From NCBI GenBank assembly GCA_013360745.1, contig JABWBA010000001.1, positions 64,946 through 128,945 on the forward strand: 64,000 nt of DNA, in the 5' to 3' direction. Every line of letters starts with the position of its first letter. The first letter of the stretch is position 1. Under the pieces are notes generated by a model. The model was not told the DNA's origin. It saw only the letters and a list, made by a program, of their open reading frames with translations, and made no database searches. The stretch is from Chthonomonadales bacterium (GTDB lineage Bacteria > Armatimonadota > Chthonomonadetes > Chthonomonadales > CAJBBX01). The translations under genes were made by a program, and so were the position numbers. This document shows, piece by piece, positions 36,970 to 47,087 of the stretch.

Positions 36970-37731
36970 ATGGATGCTCCAGCACCAAAGGGCGATAGGA
37001 CCTGTCTGTATTGCGGCCATCGACTGGAACCCGAGGACGATGTGTCGATGTGCAGCATCTGCTATGCTGGACATCACACTGGGTGTTGGCTGCGTAACGG
37101 TCGTTGCAGTACCTTCAGGTGCACAGGGTCGCCGCTGCACCAAACGGGGAACTCCTATCTCCGCGCCCTCGAGACCGCGCTGGAGGCTGCCAATGCCGAA
37201 CCTCTCACATGTAGACTGTGCAGCCAGCGCGTATATGGCGGTCGTCTTCTTGCTAAACGTACGCCAGCGGAGTCCGGTCGAACGGAGTCCGGCCTAACGT
37301 TTACGATCGGCAAGAACCGAGGGTTCGACAGCCAGAGAGCGAGCCGCTTCCTTCTCCGAGGCCTGTTTCGCCAACGCTCGTGGTCCTTGCCCGGCTGCCA
37401 GCTCCGATGCAGATCCTGCGGATCCTGCCGAATGCTGTATCTATGGGGGATCCCGATTGACGAACCGTTTATCGCCGCGGCGAGGGAAGCCGCACTCGAT
37501 CGGTATTGCAGTCACTGTGGCTCGTCCCTTTACCCTGGAGAGCTCAGACTGAATGATGTACGGTTCTGGAGTGACACGACACCGGAGTTCCACAGCGAGT
37601 GGTTCCTGCACAACGTTCTGGACCGCTTTATCTACAATCGGTGGGCCGTTTCCGTCCGATCCGTTCCGGCCGCCTCCTGTGTTCAGTGTCGATACACGGA
37701 GATCGCGGGCCGACCGATCTATCGGTTCTGA
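36970..37731 (+). CDS. multi-zinc-ribbon protein with N-terminal prokaryotic RING-finger-like domain
   Basis: The N-terminus reads CLYCGHRL..x..CSICYAGHHTGCWLRNGRCSTFRC (C-x2-C...C-x2-C-x3-HH-x2-CW...C-x4-C). The C-terminal part has four more CxxC elements. Confidence 0.55.
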   Translation: MDAPAPKGDRTCLYCGHRLEPEDDVSMCSICYAGHHTGCWLRNGRCSTFRCTGSPLHQTGNSYLRALETALEAANAEPLTCRLCSQRVYGGRLLAKRTPAESGRTESGLTFTIGKNRGFDSQRASRFLLRGLFRQRSWSLPGCQLRCRSCGSCRMLYLWGIPIDEPFIAAAREAALDRYCSHCGSSLYPGELRLNDVRFWSDTTPEFHSEWFLHNVLDRFIYNRWAVSVRSVPAASCVQCRYTEIAGRPIYRF

Positions 37732-38016
37732 TCGTCGCGACGCTCCAGTCACAAATCGTTCGCGATCTCCTACAAGCGGTTGCATGAACGGTCAATCACG
37801 GGCCATAATAGATCTACCAACGCTGTTAGGGTCCTAAACGGCCTGCCCGGCGTGAACGGGGAACCAGGCTGTCGCGTCGTGCGTATTCAGGTAGTCCTGT
37901 GCGCGATAGGATGGGTAGTTGAGTCGGATAACGATGTTTTGTACATGGTACATAAGCCCGCTGACAGTCGGAGCGTCCCGAAGGAAGTTACTTCAGTTGG
38001 TAGGAGGCCCGTTGAT

Positions 38017-38274
38017 ATGAAAGCGTTCATCGAGTATCTGGTGCAGGCCGTCGTTGACCTTCCTGAAGAGGTTAGGGTCGATGAGGAGCCAGGCGAGATC
38101 GCCACGACCTACAGAGTGCACGTTGCGCCGAGCGATCTCGGCAAAGCGATCGGTAAGCAGGGACGCATTGCTAATGCCATGCGCGTTCTTGCCAAGGCGA
38201 GTGCGATGAAGCACAAGCGACGCGTCTATCTCGAGGTTGTTGGCGAACCGTCTGGAGAAACGACGGAGGAATAA
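38017..38274 (+). CDS. khpA: KH-domain RNA-binding protein (KhpA/YlqC-like)
   Basis: It reads MKAFIEYLVQAVVDLPEEV..., with the KH GxxG loop GKAIGKQGRIANAMR. A TAGGAGG RBS lies 9 nt upstream of the ATG at 38017. The ORF-track N-terminal extension was rejected. Confidence 0.8.
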   Translation: MKAFIEYLVQAVVDLPEEVRVDEEPGEIATTYRVHVAPSDLGKAIGKQGRIANAMRVLAKASAMKHKRRVYLEVVGEPSGETTEE

Positions 38275-38334
38275 GCCATATCCTGCGATCTAATCCCGAC
38301 TGCCTGCGACAACAGCCAATCTTGTTCGTAACGC

Positions 38335-39261
38335 TTACGGGGCGCTTCGGTTATTCCGAAGCGCCTCGGTAAGCGTTTCTTCGTGGTTGCTTGTTGGAAG
38401 CCAGTCGGGTGTCCTATCGCCTGGACCGATCCAACGAACGGGCTTCCGGGATGATACGGCGTCTTCAAGCACTCGCTGCATATGTCCGCCAGCCCGCAGA
38501 TGACCAACAAGAATGATGCGGGCGAGTCCGGCGATCAGACTATCGCGCTGTAGATTCCATCCAGGGCTACCCGTGGCGACCGGTGAGAACGGCGAGATGA
38601 TCACGTCGGCGCCATGGATGGGCGGTGGCCAGATCCGCGCGGCCTTAAATGGGGGCGCATCGTTCCGGCCCTGTACATAGCCCAGGATTCCACGGTCGAG
38701 CACATAACACGAAGGATAGCCATGGCGTAAGGCCGCAAGGGCGACGCTCTGGTATTCAGGACGGTTGTGTCCGGTGACCGGAATATACCCTTCCGCAACA
38801 GCGCTTTCGATCGCCATTCTGGAGGCTAAGGCTACTTCCGCAGAAGGTCGATTGGAGTTGCACACGGCAACAAGAGGAGCCTGCACGTTCGCGACGTTGC
38901 CATGTAAATAGAGCGCCGCGGGCGGATGCGCCATGGCTCGAACCAGTTGTGTCGGATAGGCTGCATCGAGAACCGTGAGGATCTCGACGCGGGCCGCCCG
39001 CAGTCGATGCCGCACCTCGGTGAACTCGCGTGAAGGGGCTTGGAGAGCCTTCCTCAGCGCAGTCGATTGCTCCTGGTTGAGGTTGAACGAGCGCCGGAGC
39101 TCCGTCTCGGTTAGGTGTTGGAGGTCAGCGGGAATGAGACCGGATACCGCAAGTCCGTTTAGGATCGCTGATAGAGCCGTGTTCCCGATGCCGGGCGTCA
39201 AATGCGCCAACACCACCAGGTCCTCGGCGGTCATCGCGGTTCGATTAGGCGTCGGAGGCAA
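38335..39261 (-). CDS. DprA/Smf-like protein, divergent
   Basis: It has an N-terminal HhH-like LTPGIGNTAL. The core is colinear with DprA (YPTQLVRAMAHPPAALYLHG...PLVAVCNSNRPS...), but the conserved SGxARGID and RNRIIsGL motifs are replaced (TGHNRPEY; LQRDSLIAGLA). The start is TTG at 39261 or ATG at 39234. Confidence 0.6.
   Translation of the reverse strand: MPPTPNRTAMTAEDLVVLAHLTPGIGNTALSAILNGLAVSGLIPADLQHLTETELRRSFNLNQEQSTALRKALQAPSREFTEVRHRLRAARVEILTVLDAAYPTQLVRAMAHPPAALYLHGNVANVQAPLVAVCNSNRPSAEVALASRMAIESAVAEGYIPVTGHNRPEYQSVALAALRHGYPSCYVLDRGILGYVQGRNDAPPFKAARIWPPPIHGADVIISPFSPVATGSPGWNLQRDSLIAGLARIILVGHLRAGGHMQRVLEDAVSSRKPVRWIGPGDRTPDWLPTSNHEETLTEALRNNRSAP
38338..38368. terminator. strong GC hairpin (13 bp including one G-U pair, loop TTATT), possible khpA terminator embedded in the 3' end of the convergent gene
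   Basis: The sequence is CGGGGCGCTTCGG-ttatt-CCGAAGCGCCTCG, followed on the plus strand by gtaagcgTTTCTTcg. It lies 64 nt after the khpA stop. Confidence 0.4.
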
Positions 39262-39413
39262 GGCTGGCGGTGTACTGTAACCGTGGAGCGAGCAGTGACG
39301 TCGTAGTCACGATCGGCATCGCCGATCCATAGTGGCCCCGCATGGTCTCCCACCGGCTGTGCCGGGGCCACGTATCGAGACCGCACCGGGGATCCTTGCT
39401 CCGCGATCACAGG

Positions 39414-40319
39414 TCACTCCGTACGCGTGACCTGCAATCCGTTCAGCTCAAACTCGAACGGTATCACTCGGGCTCCGGCTCGCTCGAGCGCCTCCGCTAC
39501 GTTCTCCTTTCTACCCGGCGAGGCGTAGAACAACAGACACCCGCCACCGCCCGCCCCACAGGCCTTGCCATGGGCAGCGCCACCTTGATGGGCAACGGAG
39601 AAGAGTTCCTCGATCTGCTCATTGGTCACCGAGCGGGCCAGGGCTTTCTGATTTACCCAGCTCTCGCTAATCAGCTCGCCGAACTCCTCGATCCGACCGC
39701 TCTCAAGGGCCGTCGCCATATGCTCTGCGCAGTCTCGCAGGGAGTAGAGAGCGGCGACGGTGGATCGATCGCCTCGACGAAACGCATTCCACACATCCTC
39801 GTGGATCGTGCTCGATAGGCGGGACTTGCCCGTATAGCAGAGAATGAGTCGTTCCTGCAACAGCTCGATGGTGCTGGATGCCACGTTGATCTGACGGATA
39901 GCGACCTCATCGCTAAAGGTCATGTGGCAGAATCCCCCGACGGCTGCGGCATATTGATCTTGTTTACCGCCAAGAATACCGAGGAGATCCTCGAGCCGAT
40001 AGGCTAGCTCGGCAAGCTTCAGCCTCTGTTCGATATCAGGGTTTGTCTGCGCGTGGACGAGACTGAGCCAGCATACATTGAGCGCGGCGGAAGTGCCAAG
40101 CCCGGAGCCTGAGGGTAAGTCGCACCAATAGGTTACGCGAATACCCTCCTGCTTATCGACCGATGCTGCTATGGTGTCATACACTTCGAGCTGGCCGTGT
40201 ACGTACTTATCAATCGTTGCGTTCACGACTACACCCCGAGCGCCTTTCGAGAAGATATCGACATCGGTCCAGGCTCCCGCGAAATCGATGCGGACGGGAG
40301 CTCTGCTCTTGATGATCAT
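39414..40319 (-). CDS. GHMP-family sugar kinase (heptose-7-phosphate/fucose kinase-like)
   Basis: It contains SRAPVRIDFAGAWTDV and the GHMP motif II LPSGSGLGTSAA, with GAGGGG near the C-terminus. The start was trimmed to the ATG at 40319. Confidence 0.8.
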   Translation of the reverse strand: MIIKSRAPVRIDFAGAWTDVDIFSKGARGVVVNATIDKYVHGQLEVYDTIAASVDKQEGIRVTYWCDLPSGSGLGTSAALNVCWLSLVHAQTNPDIEQRLKLAELAYRLEDLLGILGGKQDQYAAAVGGFCHMTFSDEVAIRQINVASSTIELLQERLILCYTGKSRLSSTIHEDVWNAFRRGDRSTVAALYSLRDCAEHMATALESGRIEEFGELISESWVNQKALARSVTNEQIEELFSVAHQGGAAHGKACGAGGGGCLLFYASPGRKENVAEALERAGARVIPFEFELNGLQVTRTE

Positions 40320-40498
40320 GAACCACGTTCTCCATTTCGTTCGATGTATCAAATGCGGCGATCAGGGCACGAATAACGGCGGACACAGGCCATTCGTCGA
40401 CCCTCCTGCGTCAGATCCAGTGGTCGGAGGCAGGGATCACAGTTTATTTCGGCGTATTATATGATGCACGGTATGTTCCGTCAATGTAGCAAGCACGT

Positions 40499-41341
40499 AT
40501 GAGTGAGGTAACTATGGCAGGATACAAAGCCAACCAGATCGAGGCAGGGCGCGCCCCTCTGGAAACAGCGCTCCGGCAGGATCACTGGTGGCTGGAACCG
40601 GTACTGGTGGTCGGGAGCCTCACGCTCTTTTCCATTTACGCGCTGTGGCGTGCGTGGGAGGGAGCGTACTTCAGCGGCCTACAGGCGTTACAGAGCGGCG
40701 CCTCCTGGGCTCCGGCCTATTTGTCGCCCTTCTACTCGCCCCCAGTGCACGAGTGGTTCCCCCATCTTGCCGCCAGCATGCATATATCGCCGGCGTTTTT
40801 CGTGCTGCTCTTCCCTCTGAGTTTTCGGGCGACGTGTTATCACTGCCGCCGTTCCTACTATCGGGCGTTCTTTCTTGATCCTCCGGCTTGCGCGATGGCG
40901 GAGCCCTGTGCCCAACGTCGTAAGGCGTATACCGGAGAGAGCGCTTTCCCGTTTATTCTGCAAAACCTCCATCGATATGCTCTGTACGCGATCCTCGTCG
41001 TCGTTGTCTTCCACTTTCTCCACCTGTATGATGCGTGTTTCGTCGTCCATAAGGACGGTTCGCGACACTTCGGAATAGGTGTGGGCACTCTGATCTTCGC
41101 GCTCGATACCGCCTTACTGTCGCTGTATGTCTTTTCCTGCCATTCCTGGCGGCATCTGATCGGAGGTGGCCTCAATCGTATGAGCGCCGCGCCGATCCGG
41201 TCCATGATATGGACCGTTGTCAGCAGTCTGAATACACGGCACGGATTGTACTTCTGGCTAAGCCTGGTAACCGTCGGTATCGCTGATGCCTATGTCCGCA
41301 TGGTGGCATCGGGAGCCATCACGGACTTCAGGATCATCTGA
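40499..41341 (+). CDS. sdhC: succinate dehydrogenase membrane anchor subunit, large single-polypeptide type (mycobacterial Sdh1 SdhC-like)
   Basis: It is a multi-TM protein immediately upstream of sdhA (3-nt gap). Its length and position match my recollection of the Rv0249c-type anchor. It carries the Cys/His motifs CYHC and CHSWRH. Confidence 0.6.
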   Translation: MSEVTMAGYKANQIEAGRAPLETALRQDHWWLEPVLVVGSLTLFSIYALWRAWEGAYFSGLQALQSGASWAPAYLSPFYSPPVHEWFPHLAASMHISPAFFVLLFPLSFRATCYHCRRSYYRAFFLDPPACAMAEPCAQRRKAYTGESAFPFILQNLHRYALYAILVVVVFHFLHLYDACFVVHKDGSRHFGIGVGTLIFALDTALLSLYVFSCHSWRHLIGGGLNRMSAAPIRSMIWTVVSSLNTRHGLYFWLSLVTVGIADAYVRMVASGAITDFRII

Positions 41342-41344
41342 GAC

Positions 41345-43144
41345 ATGGAAGCCTACGAGACCCTGAAATACGACGTTCTGATCATTGGCGCCGGAGGGGC
41401 CGGTCTGCGTGCGGCCATATCGGTGTGCGAACGGGGCCTTCGGTGCGGTGTCGTGTGCAAGTCCCTTCTTGGCAAAGCGCATACGGTTATGGCGGAGGGC
41501 GGCGCTGCGGCCGCTCTTGGGAACATGGGCGAGAAGGACAGCTGGGAAGTCCACTTTCGGGATACGATGGTGGGCGGCGCCTCCCTCAATAATCCTCGGA
41601 TCGTCGAGATTTTCGCTCACGAAGCGATCGATCGGGTACTGGAACTGGAGCAATACGGCGCCGTGTTCGACCGTACGCCAGAAGGGCTGATCTCACAGAG
41701 GCCATTCGGCGGCCATACCTATCGTCGACTGAATCATGTCGGCGACCGCACCGGCCTCGAGCTGATCCGTACGCTGCAGGATAAGGCTGTATCGCTGCAT
41801 CCAACCTTCCATATGGAAGTTACCATCACATCGTTGTTGCGTGATGGTCAGCGAGTGATCGGCGCCTACGGCTACGATCGAATCTCAGGTAAGCCGATCG
41901 TGTTCCAGGCACGCGCGGTCGTGCTTGCGACTGGCGGATGGGGGAGGATGTACCGCTATACGTCGAACTCGTGGGAGTCCACGGGCGACGGCGCCGCGAT
42001 GGCGCTGGAGGCAGGCGCTGAGCTGATCGATATGGAAATGGTCCAGTTTCACCCAACGGGCATGTTATGGCCGCCTTCGATGCGCGGCATTCTCGTTACA
42101 GAAGCCGTGCGGGGCGAAGGTGGCGTGCTGCGCAATGCGAGCGGTGATCGGTTCATGTACACCCCGGAATACACGCCCGAACGATACAGGGGTAAGTTCG
42201 CGGAGTCTACGGAGGAGGCTGAACGGTGGCTCGATGATAAGAGCGCTAATCGCCGCCCTCCGGAGCTTCTGCCACGGGATGAAGTATCTCGAGCGATCTA
42301 TAAAGAGGTGAAGGCCGGACGCGCCACCGAACATGGCGGCGTTCATCTCGATGTCAGTCATAGAGGCGCGGCGTATGTAAAACGCAAGCTGCCGGCGATG
42401 TACGACCAGTTCCTGCACCTCGGAGGAGTTGATATCACCCGAGAGCCAATGGAGGTGTACCCGACCGTCCACTACACGATGGGCGGCATCCGTGTCGATC
42501 CGGAAACCTGCGCATCGACGATGCCCGGACTGTTCGCGGCAGGGGAGTGCGCAGCCGGCTTGCACGGTGCCAATCGCCTTGGGGGTAACTCCCTGACGGA
42601 TATCCTGGTATTCGGCAAGCGGGCCGGAGACGGCGCCGCCGCGTTCGCGGAGGCTACCGATCATGGAGTCGTCGACCCCGACCAGATTGCCCGCGAAGAG
42701 GCAACGCTTAACGCGCCGCTAGGACGTCCTGCCGCAGAGACACCTGCGACCATCGGTGCGGAGCTGCAGGAGGCGATGCAGACCGACGCGATGATCGAAC
42801 GGACGGAGGTATGCCTTTCGCGCTGCCTCGACCGAATCCATGAGCTTCAACAGCGCTGCGACCAGATCGGCGTCGAAGGCGGGCGCACCTACAACCCGGC
42901 CTGGCATGCAGCTCGGGACCTTCGGTTCCAGCTTCGTTTGTCGGAGGTTATCGTCCGAAGTGCGATCCTTCGAAAAGAGAGCCGGGGCGCTCATTGGCGC
43001 ACAGATTATCCGAATATGGATCCGGATTGGGGTCGTAGGAACGTGGTAGCTCGGATGGTGAACAGTGTCGTCGACGTTGACACTACCCCGTTACCCGAGA
43101 TGCCCGAGCATCTGCGGCTTGTGATGAACGAGGGGGCGAAATGA
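41345..43144 (+). CDS. sdhA: succinate dehydrogenase/fumarate reductase flavoprotein subunit
   Basis: It has the FAD motif DVLIIGAGGAGLRAA, plus HTVMAEGG (covalent FAD His), HPTG, HYTMGGI and GANRLGGNSL. Confidence 0.93.
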   Translation: MEAYETLKYDVLIIGAGGAGLRAAISVCERGLRCGVVCKSLLGKAHTVMAEGGAAAALGNMGEKDSWEVHFRDTMVGGASLNNPRIVEIFAHEAIDRVLELEQYGAVFDRTPEGLISQRPFGGHTYRRLNHVGDRTGLELIRTLQDKAVSLHPTFHMEVTITSLLRDGQRVIGAYGYDRISGKPIVFQARAVVLATGGWGRMYRYTSNSWESTGDGAAMALEAGAELIDMEMVQFHPTGMLWPPSMRGILVTEAVRGEGGVLRNASGDRFMYTPEYTPERYRGKFAESTEEAERWLDDKSANRRPPELLPRDEVSRAIYKEVKAGRATEHGGVHLDVSHRGAAYVKRKLPAMYDQFLHLGGVDITREPMEVYPTVHYTMGGIRVDPETCASTMPGLFAAGECAAGLHGANRLGGNSLTDILVFGKRAGDGAAAFAEATDHGVVDPDQIAREEATLNAPLGRPAAETPATIGAELQEAMQTDAMIERTEVCLSRCLDRIHELQQRCDQIGVEGGRTYNPAWHAARDLRFQLRLSEVIVRSAILRKESRGAHWRTDYPNMDPDWGRRNVVARMVNSVVDVDTTPLPEMPEHLRLVMNEGAK

Positions 43145-43884
43145 GGGATAAGATCCAGCTGCGCGTATATCGCGGCGACGCATCGGGCGGCGAGACAAAG
43201 GAATACGCAGTCGATACGTATCCGGGTATGGTCGTGCTGGATGCTATCCGCGAAATCCAGGCGTCTCAAGACGGATCGCTCGCGTGTCGATGGAACTGCA
43301 AGGCGGCGAAGTGCGGTTCATGCAGCGCCGAGGTCAATGGCAAACCCCGGCTGATGTGCAAGACCCGCGTCGAGGAGGTCTATGATGCGGCGGGAGTCAT
43401 CACGGTTCACCCTCTGAAGTCGTTCCCGATTATACGGGATCTGGTCGTCGATGTATCCTGGAACTACAAGATGGCCGAAACGATCGCTCCGTTATCGGTA
43501 CCGGATGACGTTCCCCGCCCGTTCCGGATGCAGCAGGCGGATGTATCTCGCGTTCAGGAGTTCCGGAAGTGCATCGAGTGTTTCCTGTGCCAGAACGTCT
43601 GTCATGTCCTCAGAGACCATAATCGGAAGGACGGCTACTATGGCCCTCGATTCATGGTTAAGCTCGCGTCGCTCGACATGCATCCCCTGGATGATCAGAA
43701 CCGTCGGGAGTTTCTGCATGAGACCGCCGGCATTGGCTTCTGTAATATCACCAAGTGCTGCCAGGAGGTCTGCCCCGAGGAGATCAAGATCACCGATAAC
43801 GCGATCATCCCGTCGAAGGAGCGAGTTGCGGATGTATACTACGATCCCGTGCGGATGCTGTTGAGAAGATTACGCCGTAGCTAG
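43141..43884 (+). CDS. sdhB: succinate dehydrogenase iron-sulfur subunit
   Basis: It has the 2Fe-2S Cys motif (CRWNCKAAKCGSC...C) and 4Fe-4S/3Fe-4S motifs (CIECFLCQNVC; CNITKCCQEVCP). The ATG overlaps the sdhA stop (ATGA). Confidence 0.9.
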   Translation: MRDKIQLRVYRGDASGGETKEYAVDTYPGMVVLDAIREIQASQDGSLACRWNCKAAKCGSCSAEVNGKPRLMCKTRVEEVYDAAGVITVHPLKSFPIIRDLVVDVSWNYKMAETIAPLSVPDDVPRPFRMQQADVSRVQEFRKCIECFLCQNVCHVLRDHNRKDGYYGPRFMVKLASLDMHPLDDQNRREFLHETAGIGFCNITKCCQEVCPEEIKITDNAIIPSKERVADVYYDPVRMLLRRLRRS

Positions 43885-45647
43885 TGTCGCTTCGTACACA
43901 TACGGTGTCTGTCTCAACCTGCGGAGTGCCCTTTGACGGTCTCAGTTTACGGGCTATCGTTGACGAACTCGCCCCGATCGTCGCAGGTGCACGTATTCAG
44001 CATATCGTACAACCCAGCGCGACCGATCTCGTCCTGCGTTGCTACCGTCCGGGCCGTACCGTCAAGCTCCTGATCTCCTGCCATCCGGAATGGGCCCGAA
44101 TGCACCTGGTCGAGGATGCGGGTCCAAATCCTCCAGCTCCGCCGACGTTCACCATGGCGCTGAGAAAGTGGATCGAAGGCGCGGAGATCGTGCGCGTAGC
44201 GCAAAGGGATGCCGATCGTATCGTTGATATCGAGATCCATCGATATGCCCAGCGTTTCACTCTCATCGCGGAGTTCATGGGGCGACATAGTAATATCATT
44301 CTAGTGGCCGAGGATGGAACCATCGTTGATTCCGCCAAGCATGTTCCGCCGCGCCTCAGCCGCGCGCGCCAGACCCTTCCCGGCCGCCCCTATACGAGCC
44401 CGCCTCGGCCATCGGGATTACACATTCCGTGGGAGTCGTCCTCAAGGGAGTACCTGAGACCGGTACTATCTCGACGGGACACGGAGTTGGTTTCCGTCCT
44501 TCGCGAAGCGCTAATGGGTCTCTCGCCGTATTTAGCCCGCATCATCGTTCGAGAGACGGCCGCGCGCGGCCTGGATGCCGCCTGGGAGGCGATCTACGGC
44601 CCGGTGCGTACCAATCAGTGGAGTCCCGGCGTGGTTCTCACGGAACAGGGCGATGTCCTTGGAGCCTATCCAGTTACCCTCGAGCCCGATCGCTCCCGAT
44701 CGACGCCGACATTCAGCGAGGCCCTGGAGCAGGCGTACGGGGCAATGGAGCGGGACCGGGAGCTCCGTATCCGGTCGAAGGACCTGGCGGACCGTGTCGC
44801 TGATATCGTCGCGAAACTGCGACGACAGATAAAGGACGCCCAATCGTGGCAGGACGATCTGAACGAGGGCGAGCGGCTGCAACGATGGGCGGATCTACTC
44901 CTCGCATCCGCCGGCGACACGATCCGGGTCGACAACAAGGTCCGTGTTACCGATCATTATGATGGGGGAGAGGTGGAGATACCGATCGCCGTCGGTCATT
45001 CCATTCACGACACAGCGACCGGCTACTATCGTAAGGCGAGGAAACTGGCCATCAGAAGCGGGACCAAGCGAGAACGCCTTCCGGAACTGGAGGCCGAGCT
45101 GCAGGCGCTTGTTCCTATTCAGCAACAGATCGAACGCATGGAGTCCCTGGAACAGCTCGAGCGCATCGCCAACACGCCTATAGCACGTTCTGCGCTACGC
45201 TCGACACAATCGGAGCGTAAGCAGGTCTCAGCACGACAGGCACCGGCGATGCCGCCCGGAGTCCGTTCGATCACGACCGACGACGGATGGGTGATCCTGG
45301 TCGGATCCAATGCGGAGGGCAACGATACCCTCCTCAGGATGTGCAGGCCCAATGACCTCTGGTTTCATGTTCGCGGGGGCACGAGCGCCCACGTGGCAAT
45401 CCGATGCGGCATGCATGGTCGTACGCCGCCGCCGGCCTTGATCCGCTTCGCTGCGGGCTTCGCTGCGGCGAACAGCCCGTCGAAGCATAGTCGATTGGTA
45501 ACCGTGGACTATACGCTCCGAAAGCACGTTCGCCGCGTCAAAGGAGGACCTCCCGGGCGAGTTCGCTACAGTCACGAGCGTTCCATCGACATCGAGCCCG
45601 GCTCGGGCCCGGCGAGTTATACGGCCACCGGGTCCCGAGACAACTAG
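43884..45647 (+). CDS. rqcH: NFACT-family ribosome quality control protein (RqcH/FbpA-like)
   Basis: It has an NFACT-N domain (FDGLSLRAIVDEL..., DADRIVDIEI, GRHSNIILV), a central coiled coil and a C-terminal NFACT-R/DUF814 domain (DLWFHVRGGTSAHVAIR). Confidence 0.85.
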   Translation: MSLRTHTVSVSTCGVPFDGLSLRAIVDELAPIVAGARIQHIVQPSATDLVLRCYRPGRTVKLLISCHPEWARMHLVEDAGPNPPAPPTFTMALRKWIEGAEIVRVAQRDADRIVDIEIHRYAQRFTLIAEFMGRHSNIILVAEDGTIVDSAKHVPPRLSRARQTLPGRPYTSPPRPSGLHIPWESSSREYLRPVLSRRDTELVSVLREALMGLSPYLARIIVRETAARGLDAAWEAIYGPVRTNQWSPGVVLTEQGDVLGAYPVTLEPDRSRSTPTFSEALEQAYGAMERDRELRIRSKDLADRVADIVAKLRRQIKDAQSWQDDLNEGERLQRWADLLLASAGDTIRVDNKVRVTDHYDGGEVEIPIAVGHSIHDTATGYYRKARKLAIRSGTKRERLPELEAELQALVPIQQQIERMESLEQLERIANTPIARSALRSTQSERKQVSARQAPAMPPGVRSITTDDGWVILVGSNAEGNDTLLRMCRPNDLWFHVRGGTSAHVAIRCGMHGRTPPPALIRFAAGFAAANSPSKHSRLVTVDYTLRKHVRRVKGGPPGRVRYSHERSIDIEPGSGPASYTATGSRDN

Positions 45648-45652
45648 CCTCT

Positions 45653-47062
<1,410 letters not shown>

Positions 47063-47087
47063 CTAGATCCGAAATACGGGGCAAGGT

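Noticed and set aside
39311-39371. Two hairpins lie in the spacer downstream of the GHMP kinase gene: GATCGGC-atc-GCCGATC, and GTGGCCCCG-22 nt-CGGGGCCAC.
   Set aside because: No U-tract follows on the minus strand, so they are not convincing intrinsic terminators. I saw no second copy in the window that would suggest a repeat family.
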